Shown here: positions 46,368-56,168 of the stretch, piece by piece | Position numbering within the stretch: the first letter of the stretch is position 1 | Layout: each line of letters opens with the position of its first letter | DNA from: a virus | Lineage: Duplodnaviria; Caudoviricetes | Strand: one strand, 5' to 3' | Virus record (IMG/VR): IMGVR_UViG_3300032174_000005 | Location: 743-64,742 of that record | Length of the DNA: 64,000 nt | Notes under the pieces: model-generated | Seen by the model: only the letters and a program-made list of their open reading frames with translations | Databases searched by the model: none | Told to the model about the DNA's origin: nothing | Program-made: the position numbers and the translations under genes

Positions 46368-46923
46368 CGGCTTCCACCTTCCCCTGCGTGTCGGCCATTA
46401 GTGGGAGAGTTCGGATTGCAACAGCAGCTATTGTATAGCCCATATCCTGTAATTGATTTGCCCACTCGTCCCGCATCTCCCTCCGTGCCTCCTCCAGCAG
46501 CTTGTCGAGCGCGGCGGTGCGGGCGGGAGTTTTGAGGGCGCGGATTTCTTTAGCCAGAGTCGTGTATAATTTCTCTAACTCACGAGCTATCGAGGCGTGG
46601 CCATAGTTTTTAAGTATGTACAGCTTCTCCTCTTTGTCGTGTTCGGTTGCGGCTTTCGCCTCAAGAAAACGCGCCGCATTCTCGACAGCAGCCGCCACAG
46701 CCGCCAGCACCTCCTCGGCGTGGCGGGCGGATAGTTCGCGGTCGCGGGCATCCCAACCAGCTTTGAAGGCAGACTGTCTCTCATATTCGACATGCCCTAT
46801 TGTTGGGGTCCAGTTGTCTCGCAATTTGTTTTCTTTGTTCCACTTCTCAAATTCCTTCGCGCTATCCATTGCGTTTTCTCCCATTCCCTCGATAATCCCT
46901 ACTGTGGAAGTTCTTCCCGCCAT
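46357..46923 (-). CDS. Hypothetical helical protein (start uncertain)
   Basis: AFKAGWDARDRE motif common in small phage proteins. Confidence 0.55.
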   Translation of the reverse strand: MAGRTSTVGIIEGMGENAMDSAKEFEKWNKENKLRDNWTPTIGHVEYERQSAFKAGWDARDRELSARHAEEVLAAVAAAVENAARFLEAKAATEHDKEEKLYILKNYGHASIARELEKLYTTLAKEIRALKTPARTAALDKLLEEARREMRDEWANQLQDMGYTIAAVAIRTLPLMADTQGKVEADGG

Positions 46924-47225
46924 GTTTTACCGCAATCCAAGCATCTGTAATCCGCGCAGCATCCATCAAGACAGCCGTCTCCGTCCTCAACAACATTCGT
47001 ATGCTCCCATCTTCCCTCAGCGCCCTTTGGCATCGGGTGTTCAGGCGTACATGTCTGTCTGTCGCTCATTTTCTCCCCTCCCCTCGTGGGCGTGGGCCGA
47101 ATCGCCTATGCAGAGAGTGGTGGTAGCAAAACGAACAAACTCTCTTGCCACAATCCAGACATCGAATGCGACGTTTTCCGACCTCAATTTCATCGTCGCA
47201 GTCTTCGCATGTGAGCTCCTTTTGC

Positions 47226-47540
47226 TTACCGCGCATTGGTGGGCTCCTTTCCCGCCGTGGCTCGGCGGAGTTCGGCAAGCACGTTGTTGACTATTGCGAG
47301 AGCCAAATCGACATCCATTGGCTTCGACGTGTTTGGAGGAACGCACCAACCTTGCGCTACGGCTGCGTGGATTGATTCCACTAAATCCGCCGTCACTTCC
47401 AGCTTGGTCTGCTCCTCGGCCTGTGCGAGGCGGGATTGAAGGTATGCGATGGTGTCAAGACAATCGTCTTCATAATGCGATGTGTGTCCGTGTTCACGTT
47501 GTTCGCGCCTTAATATCAAGTCTGCATCCGTCAGAATCAT
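47226..47540 (-). CDS. Hypothetical protein
   Basis: Coupled operon; AVAQGWC..NTSKPMDVDLA. Confidence 0.55.
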   Translation of the reverse strand: MILTDADLILRREQREHGHTSHYEDDCLDTIAYLQSRLAQAEEQTKLEVTADLVESIHAAVAQGWCVPPNTSKPMDVDLALAIVNNVLAELRRATAGKEPTNAR

Positions 47541-47869
47541 TCCTTTCCCTCCAGTGCGGCCTTAATTTCGTCATAATTAAATAGCCTTGTGCCAGGATTT
47601 ACGCACTTTTCCGCGTCTTTGATAGCCTCCTGACAAACCTCCGTCAGCCGCTCGATCTTCTCTTTCAGTTCGGTGACTTCGGCAAGGCGATCTGCCGCCT
47701 TATTCATATCGACCCGACAAATCGGGCAGACTCCGCCCTTAATTGTGGTCAGTTCTTCGATTTCGGCATCTCGGGCGTGCCAAGCACGACTTGCAATATC
47801 AATGGCTATCGCCGGGAACATGGGACCGTATTGCACGTTTTCCTCGAACCATTCCCCAAACGTCTTCAT
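47537..47869 (-). CDS. Hypothetical protein with CPIC and coiled coil
   Basis: GGAG RBS; ATGA coupling. Confidence 0.55.
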   Translation of the reverse strand: MKTFGEWFEENVQYGPMFPAIAIDIASRAWHARDAEIEELTTIKGGVCPICRVDMNKAADRLAEVTELKEKIERLTEVCQEAIKDAEKCVNPGTRLFNYDEIKAALEGKE

Positions 47870-48093
47870 TCGCTCCTCCGATGCCCGCCCCTGCCGTCCA
47901 TCCCCTTCCCAGCCTCCTCAATCAGCATCCAATCCCTTTCCGCTTCCGTGAGAAACGCGCTGGCGATTCCCAGCACCGTCGCCATTGGCCGCACCGCCAG
48001 ATCCACCGCATCGGACCCACAGTGGCCGCAGCGCAGGTGGCGATTGAGCGTGCCGATATGATCACAGTTTGCGCAGTACCAGTCATTCGACAT
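47866..48093 (-). CDS. Small Zn-ribbon protein
   Basis: CANC...CGHCGS. Confidence 0.55.
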   Translation of the reverse strand: MSNDWYCANCDHIGTLNRHLRCGHCGSDAVDLAVRPMATVLGIASAFLTEAERDWMLIEEAGKGMDGRGGHRRSE

Positions 48094-48313
48094 TCACGTG
48101 ATCCTCCGAGTGGGATGATTTACGTTTCAGCTTCGCATCCTCGATTGCTTGATCTTCCGCCTTCCATTCCGCCATCCATCTGTATAACGTCGTCCACGCG
48201 ATCCCCAGCACGATCGCCGCCCGCCGCACATGCCCCTCTTCCGCCGCGATGACGAGTTCACAGTGTTCGCGGATCACGCGGGAGAGTTTCAGTGAGTTAT
48301 CCGCCGGCTTCAC
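48083..48313 (-). CDS. Fis-type HTH protein
   Basis: GHVRRAAIVLGIAWTTLYRW. Confidence 0.75.
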   Translation of the reverse strand: MKPADNSLKLSRVIREHCELVIAAEEGHVRRAAIVLGIAWTTLYRWMAEWKAEDQAIEDAKLKRKSSHSEDHVNVE

Positions 48314-48801
48314 TTGGTCCCTGCTTTGGCTCTCCGGGCTTCCCAGTCTTCGCAGCGACTTTTATAGTCCCCTCGCAGCACACGCCGACCATACTTGGCG
48401 GGCTCTGTTAATGCTTTTGATAAGGGCCAGCCGCGATCCAATCTTCCTTTCAGCGTCATGTTATTTATCCCCAGACGATTCGCCCAATCCTGCTGGCACA
48501 TTCGTTCCCCTCGATAGCTAATCCATTTGGTATCCTTCTGATTTCTCAACTGCTGCGCTGGAGTTTCCCAACGGCAGTTGCTTGGCGCGTAGTGGCGATT
48601 GTTGTTAATCCGGCCAAGAGACATTCCCTCGGGCCTCGGTCCCATGTCCTTTAGGAAATTATCAAACGATTTCCGCCACCTTGCGCACACTCGAATTCCT
48701 CTGCCTCCCCATCCTGCGTATTGATAATCCTCTGGCACATGGCATCTCCGCACCATGTGATACCAGCTGGTATATTCACGAGTCTTTGAGCGTGTTGGCA
48801 T
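48310..48801 (-). CDS. HNH homing endonuclease
   Basis: EYTSWYHMVRRC, GGRGIRVCARW, DMGPRP, YAPSNCRW. Confidence 0.88.
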   Translation of the reverse strand: MPTRSKTREYTSWYHMVRRCHVPEDYQYAGWGGRGIRVCARWRKSFDNFLKDMGPRPEGMSLGRINNNRHYAPSNCRWETPAQQLRNQKDTKWISYRGERMCQQDWANRLGINNMTLKGRLDRGWPLSKALTEPAKYGRRVLRGDYKSRCEDWEARRAKAGTK

Positions 48802-50428
48802 TTTCCCCTTCTTGTGGATGGTTTGGCCGACGAGTTTTAAATTGCCCACTGCCCAGCGGATCATGCTGAATTGCTTCCCCACCGAAACAAATGGGCACAA
48901 ATTGACATTGCGATGGATAACTGCAAGCACGTAAGGTTTGCGGAAAGTTTATATTTAACAAATGTCGTACTTCATCTGCGTTTTCCGCGCTGTTGACAGC
49001 GGCTACACCTTCAGCTATTCGACGCTCGGATGCCTCCATTTGTTCCACCAAATCGCGTAGCGCGTCGTCTGACCGATAAATAACCAAGGGCGGAACGAAA
49101 ACAGCATCAAGTGGATGGTTTTTCAAATATCCGGTCACTTGGGCATCACATTTATATCCCAACTGTCGTGGCTCCAGGCCCATTGTGGAATCCTCACCAG
49201 ACATCACGGGAGCGGCATCGTCCAGCTTGTCAATCCATGCTTTGATACCTCCCGGTTCCTCCCACACAGGCCGCGACTTAAAATTCTGCCACGCGAGACT
49301 ACCCTCTCTTCCATCCTCACGGATAAAATCCCAAGAGCAATTCACATCGCCGATTGAGTATCCAGCAACACCACGTTGCGGCACGCTTACTGCAACATAT
49401 TGACGTATCAGCGGTGAACGCTGCGAGCGCATTTCGACACCGTACTTCATTGATAGGTCTTTGTCCACCCATCTTTCTGACTTCAATAGATATTCCATGC
49501 GTACCGCGTGGATGCGGGGCGGGGCGTCGAGCGCGAACAGATATCTCTGCATCGCTGGGGGACAATCAGCCTCACGCCCCATGCTCACAGGCGTATGTGT
49601 CTCCTTTGCGTGCTGAATTACATCCCACCATTGTCCGAGCCTCCTCTCAATCTCAATTCCCTCACTCAGCCCCTGCATATCATGCTGCGCGTCTTTTTCC
49701 TTCCGCATGTCCCAGGATGCGGCTGTCTTATATGATTGAATGTACAACTGGTTAGTTTGGCGATGGCGGAGGAGGGCATCGGGGCGGGACATGAACCACA
49801 GTTCCATCCACTCCCGAGGAATTCCCAGAAGGGGATCGTATCCTTGACCCTCGACTGTATATTCCCCCAGCTTCCATTTCCCCTCCCGTTCCACCTCCAG
49901 CACCTCGAATTCCTCCAGCAGCGGGCGGAGTCGTCTCCTCGCGTACGCGCGGACCATCGCTTCAACCAGCGCGGATTGCTCACGGAATAGATAATCGTCG
50001 AATTCGTTCCGCCGCGCATCCATTGCATGCAATGGAGCATCGGTTTCCGCCCCTACCGCCGCGTTTATTTCAGACTGTGATGGTTCAATAATTGCGCGTT
50101 CAGCGTCCGGCGGGTCCAGCGCATTCTGATATTCCGCGAAATCCGCGAGCGCGACGGCTACCGCAGAATCCTCAATCACGCTGAACCAATCCTTTGATGG
50201 GAGGGAATTTTCCTCCCGTAATCGCTCGTTTTTCAGACATGCCTCTCCGTTGGCGAGAAGATATGCCAATCCTTCATGCACGGACGATCCGACAGCTAAT
50301 GGCAACGGCTTCCGCGATGACGTGATCCCAGTTCCGCCGAAGTGATATTCCAGATATCGACTTCGCAAACATCTTTGAGCCTGTTCATATCGTGAGCGGT
50401 CGATGAAAATTTTAAAAGGGGATGTCAT
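48776..50428 (-). CDS. PD-(D/E)XK exonuclease (Cas4/AddB-like)
   Basis: RC.RSRYLEY, GSSVHEGL, SRPDAL, SYKT, C-x5-C-x5-C. Confidence 0.8.
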   Translation of the reverse strand: MTSPFKIFIDRSRYEQAQRCLRSRYLEYHFGGTGITSSRKPLPLAVGSSVHEGLAYLLANGEACLKNERLREENSLPSKDWFSVIEDSAVAVALADFAEYQNALDPPDAERAIIEPSQSEINAAVGAETDAPLHAMDARRNEFDDYLFREQSALVEAMVRAYARRRLRPLLEEFEVLEVEREGKWKLGEYTVEGQGYDPLLGIPREWMELWFMSRPDALLRHRQTNQLYIQSYKTAASWDMRKEKDAQHDMQGLSEGIEIERRLGQWWDVIQHAKETHTPVSMGREADCPPAMQRYLFALDAPPRIHAVRMEYLLKSERWVDKDLSMKYGVEMRSQRSPLIRQYVAVSVPQRGVAGYSIGDVNCSWDFIREDGREGSLAWQNFKSRPVWEEPGGIKAWIDKLDDAAPVMSGEDSTMGLEPRQLGYKCDAQVTGYLKNHPLDAVFVPPLVIYRSDDALRDLVEQMEASERRIAEGVAAVNSAENADEVRHLLNINFPQTLRACSYPSQCQFVPICFGGEAIQHDPLGSGQFKTRRPNHPQEGENANTLKDS

Positions 50429-50876
50429 TGTTATCATTCACCTGCGCTCCCCGTTCGATTTGTTGGTCATGCCGAATCGCCTGCGCGAGCGGCGCGTCAA
50501 TGTCAATTGGTTCCTTTTTGGCCAGCAGGGATGGAGTCTCAAAACACTCCCATTCCACCACATCCACCGTCCGCGCGGGGATCACCTGTTCAGGGATAAA
50601 CTTGCTCCCCACGATCTTCCGATTGCACACCTGCTCGCGCGAAGCCACCGCGACGATTTCAATATCTCCAACCTTCTTTTTCAGCTTGAAATATCCGCTG
50701 TCTGTGTATTCCTTTTCACACGATCCAAACGCCCGCGCGACGGTTTCCATTTCAGCTCTGGAGTGAATGTTGTACAATCCAATCTCATCCGCATCATGTG
50801 GGGGCTTCACCTCAGGATGCGATTCAAACCAATCCGCGACTTTTCTTAGCGATTCCACGTATTCAGCATTCGTCAT
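50412..50876 (-). CDS. Hypothetical protein
   Basis: GGAGGG RBS; ends NDIPF. Confidence 0.6.
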   Translation of the reverse strand: MTNAEYVESLRKVADWFESHPEVKPPHDADEIGLYNIHSRAEMETVARAFGSCEKEYTDSGYFKLKKKVGDIEIVAVASREQVCNRKIVGSKFIPEQVIPARTVDVVEWECFETPSLLAKKEPIDIDAPLAQAIRHDQQIERGAQVNDNNDIPF

Positions 50877-50915
50877 TTTCCTTCCCTCCGTGATTAAGTT
50901 TGTGTTGCGATTCTC

Positions 50916-50945
50916 AAAATAACACGTTCCCGCGAATCCTGTCAA
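50916..50945 (-). promoter_or_regulatory. Sigma70-like promoter
   Basis: TTGACA-18 nt-TATTTT with TGn extension. Confidence 0.45.
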
Positions 50946-51191
50946 GTTAAATCTTACCATGATAGCATGATTGATACCACGCTGGAGTTATACTGTTTAT
51001 TTTGACTGTGTTGGGAGGGAAAAATATTTTGTGGGGTCATGTCGATTTTGCTTGACAGAGGGTACATTGTTATCCCATGCTGCCCTCGCAGTGGATTGCC
51101 TGACGGAAAAGGTTTGGCGGGGGGTGGTAGGCAACCGTCCCCCGCTTCTTCTTTATCCTGATGCCACTGACACCTTTTCGTTAGGAGAGCC

Positions 51192-52160
51192 ATGTCCACC
51201 CCTGCGCGCTTACCTGAAATCATCGTCCCCGACATTCCGCAACGCATCTACGATCCTCCTGATCCCAACAGCTACGAAAAAGGTTTAATAGAATTTGGCC
51301 TGTCCTACAAGGCACAACGCTCCGCAATAGCCCGGAACTCTTGGGAATTCTACAAAGCAGGCACAGTGGAAGATTCCTGGCGCAGACCTCTTTTTACAGT
51401 AATGCTGCGCACGGATGGATGGAAAGCTCAAAACCTCGCGGAGGAGCAGGAAAACACCTATCATAGCTTTGGAGAACTTATCGGCTCCACGTTCACCATT
51501 CTTAGCTTCAAGTTCATGGCGAAGAATTTCCGCGTGAAATCCGTCGGGCATCAACACAATCAAGGAATCGTCCGGGCCATTCGCAAGGTGATTGATGAAT
51601 TCCTCCCCGTATCTATCGACAAGGTTGGGGCATGTGAGGATAAATTCGGACGGTATAATCGCGTGGTTAAGGTAATCCACGCATCTCCTGTAGATGGGGA
51701 ACTCCATAAAGCCATCCAATCCGCCCTTCCCGAAGGGGTAACGCTTCAGCATCATGTGTTCAACAAGGCTGATTTTCATACGCAATTTCTCACCCTTCTC
51801 GCGCCGGATCTCCCACGCAAGGATTTTGACCGCGCGGGATTTGAAGCGTTTCTAGACCGAATGGTTCAGATACAAGTACATAAGATTTCTTCCGCCGACC
51901 GCAAGCGATTTGCATATACACCCACCTACGTCTATGCAAATCAGCCCGGAAGTAAAGACCCCGCACCACTTTCAGACGGTCTGTCCGCTCCAATTTTCTG
52001 CGAGGAACATAAAGTTGTGCATGATAAAAACGGTCGGCGCATTCCCAGAAGCCCAAAAACCGGCGCTTTTGCCACTCATGTATCCGTTGTAGTGGACATG
52101 AACACCAAAGCAGGCGATATTCTGCCCGAGGAATGGCTAGAATTACCTCCGCCAAGATGA
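51192..52160 (+). CDS. Hypothetical 322-aa protein, opposite to its neighbours
   Basis: AGGAG RBS; long ORF; TTGACA at 51052. Confidence 0.65.
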   Translation: MSTPARLPEIIVPDIPQRIYDPPDPNSYEKGLIEFGLSYKAQRSAIARNSWEFYKAGTVEDSWRRPLFTVMLRTDGWKAQNLAEEQENTYHSFGELIGSTFTILSFKFMAKNFRVKSVGHQHNQGIVRAIRKVIDEFLPVSIDKVGACEDKFGRYNRVVKVIHASPVDGELHKAIQSALPEGVTLQHHVFNKADFHTQFLTLLAPDLPRKDFDRAGFEAFLDRMVQIQVHKISSADRKRFAYTPTYVYANQPGSKDPAPLSDGLSAPIFCEEHKVVHDKNGRRIPRSPKTGAFATHVSVVVDMNTKAGDILPEEWLELPPPR

Positions 52161-52351
52161 AAATTGTGTCATTTTAACCACAAAATTCTGCAAGTGTGTT
52201 CACAAGTTCGGAAACGCCGCGAACATCGCCCACACAATCGCGTACATGATGCCGAATGTCGCCAATACCCCTGCAATCGCCACCACATAGCCGAATGTGA
52301 TCAGCAGGCGGGGAAATCGAATGGTGATCCGGTTTACCTGTTGGGATATCA

Positions 52352-52609
52352 TCACCTCCCCTCCCACTTTGCGGCCAGATGTGGCACATAGTTCCCCACA
52401 AATGTTACTGTGTAACCCTGATCCAGCGCGATTCCCAGAAATCCATAATCGAATCGGCTGTTGGCAACAAATCTCGGGTGATTGGACGCAATAACCCTCG
52501 CGCAGCTGCCATAAGGCCCAGTCTCAGGCCGATTCATTGCGATGATAAATTTTATCGGCTGTTCCTGAAGCGTGTCATCCAGCAGGTAAGGAAATCTAGT
52601 ATCGCTCAT
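52352..52609 (-). CDS. Hypothetical early protein
   Basis: GAGGTG RBS; ATGA coupling. Confidence 0.55.
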   Translation of the reverse strand: MSDTRFPYLLDDTLQEQPIKFIIAMNRPETGPYGSCARVIASNHPRFVANSRFDYGFLGIALDQGYTVTFVGNYVPHLAAKWEGR

Positions 52610-52809
52610 CGCTTCACCTCCACATCATCCGTCCGCCCATCCCTCCGCTGATTCACTTCCGCCCACGCGAAATCACTCATATCCCCGCCCTCAGCGAGGA
52701 ACACGACATTTCTCAGTAGCAATGCCATCGCCGGCTGACCATTCCGCTCATATCTCTCAGCCAATCGCTTGTACTGATCAATTTCCGCCTGTTTCACCTC
52801 ATCTGACAT
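52606..52809 (-). CDS. Hypothetical early protein
   Basis: CGGAGGGA RBS. Confidence 0.55.
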   Translation of the reverse strand: MSDEVKQAEIDQYKRLAERYERNGQPAMALLLRNVVFLAEGGDMSDFAWAEVNQRRDGRTDDVEVKR

Positions 52810-52872
52810 GTGTAATCCCTCCGATTCAATTTTAATCCGTCCTGAGCCTTCCCTCCGCGTTCCAGCACCATC

Positions 52873-53043
52873 CTAGCGATAGTCCTTGTCACAATCACAT
52901 GGTGCGCCGTGTCCCATTCGATACGTACAATCCGCATCATGGGACAAATCCGGCCTTCCCTCCGTTTGTTCCTTCCATTCCAGTTCACAATCCTCACAAC
53001 CCTCTTGCTTGAAGTTAATGTGTTCTTCGCAAATGTGTTCCAT
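52873..53043 (-). CDS. Small Cys/His-rich early protein (MEHICEEH...)
   Basis: CGGAGGGA RBS. Confidence 0.5.
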   Translation of the reverse strand: MEHICEEHINFKQEGCEDCELEWKEQTEGRPDLSHDADCTYRMGHGAPCDCDKDYR

Positions 53044-53190
53044 CTCAATCCCTCCGATTGAATTTGTACTCATTCCCTCCGCTAAATCAGCGGTCAGGAT
53101 GCGCGAACTTTGACCGATTGACGGGCCGCGCATCCCTTCCGCGAGCCATTCCGCGCACCGGAGGGTATGCGGGATGGGAGATCAATCACT

Positions 53191-53445
53191 TCAATCCGTG
53201 TAATGTGATAATTTCTCTTCCAGCTTGTGAACCTCTTCTTCCAGATTCGCGCTTTCATCTTTCAGATCGTCGTTCTCTTCTTGTAAATCCATCGCTTGTT
53301 GCTGGCAGTCCAGCACAGCATCCAATTCCACGACTCTTGGCGGGAGGATGCTGCCCCAATTCCCATGCTCAACCTGGATGTGATCCGCGTACCTGCCCCA
53401 CGTCACGGGAATCCCGCAATGGCTACAATTCACAATGTCGATCAT
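53191..53445 (-). CDS. C2H2-like plus coiled-coil early protein
   Basis: CSHC...H....H; CGGAGGGA RBS. Confidence 0.55.
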   Translation of the reverse strand: MIDIVNCSHCGIPVTWGRYADHIQVEHGNWGSILPPRVVELDAVLDCQQQAMDLQEENDDLKDESANLEEEVHKLEEKLSHYTD

Positions 53446-53496
53446 GTTTCTTCCCTCCGCAAAATTGATTTCACTCCATCCAACTGTCCCGATTGC

Positions 53497-53841
53497 TCAC
53501 GCTGGTACGCAAATCCCTTCCTGTCCCATATCATTCGTCGCGCCATCCGGTACAACCACCTTAACGCAGCATCCGCGCGGGTCACCCTGAAAAATCGCCT
53601 TGCACTCATATGTGGACAATTCATCCGAAATGCGCTTTTCCAGACGGTCTGCTTTGGGGCATCCCACATAATCATTATTCACTGTGTAATGCACCTGTGG
53701 GCACGTTCCATTGCAATGATGCTCCATGATCCGCTGATACGTCACAGCCCACCGCATGAGCTGATAGATTGGATTTAGCGGCAAACTGGAATGCTTGGAC
53801 ATCATGTATACAAACTCCATCTTTTCCTTTGTGCTCACCAT
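53497..53841 (-). CDS. Hypothetical early protein
   Basis: CNG...FQGDPRG motif; CGGAGGGA RBS. Confidence 0.6.
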   Translation of the reverse strand: MVSTKEKMEFVYMMSKHSSLPLNPIYQLMRWAVTYQRIMEHHCNGTCPQVHYTVNNDYVGCPKADRLEKRISDELSTYECKAIFQGDPRGCCVKVVVPDGATNDMGQEGICVPA

Positions 53842-53902
53842 TTCAATTCCCTCCGTTTAAAAGTGTGATAACCCTGGCCTGATCCAACTTCGCGATCACC
53901 CC

Positions 53903-54115
53903 TCACCACATATTCGCGGTGATTTTGTTCCATTCCTCGGGATAATGTTCCTTGATGTACACTTTCGTCCAATCCGGCAAGTTATTAAGCGCTTTGACCG
54001 CATCGCCTTCAAACAGTTCATCCCAGTCCACAATCTGCACGTCCACAAAATCCGCCGCTTCAACGTTCGATACCACGCCGCCGCTCACCTCAATCATTAC
54101 GTGTACCTTTTCCAT
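53903..54115 (-). CDS. Hypothetical early protein
   Basis: IEVSGGVVSNV...IVDWD; CGGAGGGA RBS. Confidence 0.6.
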   Translation of the reverse strand: MEKVHVMIEVSGGVVSNVEAADFVDVQIVDWDELFEGDAVKALNNLPDWTKVYIKEHYPEEWNKITANMW

Positions 54116-54265
54116 GTCATTTCCCTCCGATTAAAGTGATCACATTGGATTGCTCCAACGTGGTGCTAACTGACTCTTTGATGATCGTCCCCGCCACCAT
54201 TGCGAAGCTATACCACGCAAACGCGAATCCGGCCATTTGGATGTAATAGTGGAGCCATTCGCGGG

Positions 54266-54472
54266 TCATCGCGCCATTCTTCTCTTACGATCCGCAGCGC
54301 GAATTCGTTTCGCTTCAGGCCGATTGAACCAACGCGAATACGCTGTCGCAGGTACCAGATGATCCGCATGGCACGCATCCACGCATCCCATGATCGTCTT
54401 ACCCTGCGCGTCCACAACATGAAACGGCGTGTGTGCTTCCCTTGTGCATGTGTTACAAGTCTGTGTTGGCAT
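54266..54472 (-). CDS. Small Cys/His early protein
   Basis: CNTC...GCVDACH; CGGAGGG RBS. Confidence 0.55.
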   Translation of the reverse strand: MPTQTCNTCTREAHTPFHVVDAQGKTIMGCVDACHADHLVPATAYSRWFNRPEAKRIRAADRKRRMAR

Positions 54473-54753
54473 CGTGCCCTCCGTTTGCCTGATTGCCTTC
54501 CAACACGATCATATTCTCACAATCGCACAACACTGTCAAGAGAAATCGTGGTAAACATAAAAAATAAATGTATCGGATATGGCCTTCAAATTGCTTGTGT
54601 GGTTAAAAGGAGACACTATTTAGGTAGAAACGTTACAAAACGTGTCTAATCGCCACACTGACCGATCAGGGAGATGCGAGAGTGTGTAAAAACGGACACA
54701 CATGTGGAAATGCGAATATGTGAGAGAACCGTGTTCGGCGTCAGCATTAGACT

Positions 54754-54788
54754 AGTGACGATATTTCGTCACTGACGATTAGTCGTCA
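54754..54788. repeat. Tandem palindromes TGACGA-N4-TCGTCA (two copies)
   Basis: AGTGACGA-TATT-TCGTCACT overlapping TGACGA-TTAG-TCGTCA in the divergent intergenic region. Confidence 0.7.
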
Positions 54789-55160
54789 CTTGGCCAGTCT
54801 CGCCGGTGCGATGTCCCACACAAGTTGGATTGTCACGATGCTGTGGATGCGCGACGCGGGGATTTGGGAACCACACGCGACACTGGGGAACTGTGACGCG
54901 ACAGAATGATGCTGATCCTGGCCGCCACGCGGATGCTGATCATATCGACGCCGGTCATGTGGCGCGGGTCGGCTGAGTTGTCCGGTCTGAGGGGCCGGGG
55001 CGGCGGCGACATGTCCCACACGGCCCTATGGCTATTTTTATTATTTTTTATTTCAGGCGGGGTCACAGTGGGAGCAGATATACCATGCCCAATTTAACTT
55101 GTAAAGGGATTATTATCAGGTATTTCCGTGCGATTCTAACACATCCCACCATGATGACAG

Positions 55161-55189
55161 TTGACAGGGCGGACAACAGGTGGTAAAGT
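55161..55189 (+). promoter_or_regulatory. Sigma70-like promoter (leaderless) of the packaging arm
   Basis: TTGACA-17 nt-TAAAGT, 6 nt before GTG 55196. Confidence 0.65.
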
Positions 55190-55195
55190 GTCCCC

Positions 55196-55969
55196 GTGTC
55201 CACCAAAGACTACGACCTCGAATCCATCCCCATCACCGCGATCATGGATAAACGCGCGAGAATGAAGCAGATACGCGCGGAAATGGCATTGCTTCGCAAG
55301 GAATGGCTGGTGCTGACTGGCGGGGAGGACATACGGGGGCAGTTGGATAAACGTACCTGTCTGCGGTGTGGATATGATTGGTATCAGAACGATCCGTTCA
55401 AGACCCCCGCGCGGTGCCCCCAGTGCCAATCCACGAGTTGGATGAAGCCGCCGACAGGGAATTCCCGCAAGCCAGGAGACCCGCCGCGTCCGTACTGGAA
55501 GAATCGCCGGCAGTCGCGGAAGAATCCCCCGGTGGCAAAGTTAAGAGTGCGCACCACCTATCAGGATCTGGCCGACGCAAAAGTTTCCACCACGCCATCC
55601 CTCAGCAAATTTGAGAGGGTGCTCAGCACGCTCGACCCTCTGGACCCTCTGCTAGAGCCGTTCATCCCCCCGCCGCCTGCGCCTGAGCCAAGTTTTCCGC
55701 GCTGGACGGGGAGTCTGAGTGATGCGCTGAGGGAGCAGAGTGAGCCGCAACCTGAAATCGTGACATCACACGTGACACCTGAGCCTGAATTAACTGAGGA
55801 TACTCCTTCCGCCGAGATAACAGAAGTCATGCCTGCGGAAGAGGCGAAGGAAATGTATCCGGACGCGGATGTGCCTCCTGAACAAGTGGGCCTTCCGCAA
55901 TCCGATGCCGAACGGGAAGAACTACAGAAAGCCGAGGAGTCCGCATGGCCGACGACCAAACCGGAATGA
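55196..55969 (+). CDS. Zn-ribbon protein with acidic Pro-rich tail
   Basis: CLRCGYDW...PARCPQCQSTSW. Confidence 0.65.
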   Translation: MSTKDYDLESIPITAIMDKRARMKQIRAEMALLRKEWLVLTGGEDIRGQLDKRTCLRCGYDWYQNDPFKTPARCPQCQSTSWMKPPTGNSRKPGDPPRPYWKNRRQSRKNPPVAKLRVRTTYQDLADAKVSTTPSLSKFERVLSTLDPLDPLLEPFIPPPPAPEPSFPRWTGSLSDALREQSEPQPEIVTSHVTPEPELTEDTPSAEITEVMPAEEAKEMYPDADVPPEQVGLPQSDAEREELQKAEESAWPTTKPE

Positions 55970-56145
55970 AAGACCCCCGCATGTGGTTCGGATTTGGTAT
56001 TCTCGGCATCATCGCATTACTGGCACTGGCTATCGGTCTCGGCCACGTGGAACAGCAATCATCATTCGGCCTGGATATTGTCCTTGGCTCCCTCGCCACT
56101 CTTGCAGGAGGATTTGCGCAATGGGCGTTCACGAAACGGGATTGA
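55945..56145 (+). CDS. Two-TM small membrane protein
   Basis: GAGGAG RBS; two hydrophobic helices. Confidence 0.55.
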   Translation: MADDQTGMKDPRMWFGFGILGIIALLALAIGLGHVEQQSSFGLDIVLGSLATLAGGFAQWAFTKRD

Positions 56146-56168
56146 ATGGAACAGGCTACGCACACAGC

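Noticed and set aside
5392-48801. Introns or inteins associated with the four HNH genes
   Set aside because: All four are free-standing between intact genes, and polymerase and terminase motifs are uninterrupted
54480-55195. CRISPR array or iteron array
   Set aside because: Only two short palindromes and one 10-mer pair; no regular repeat-spacer pattern
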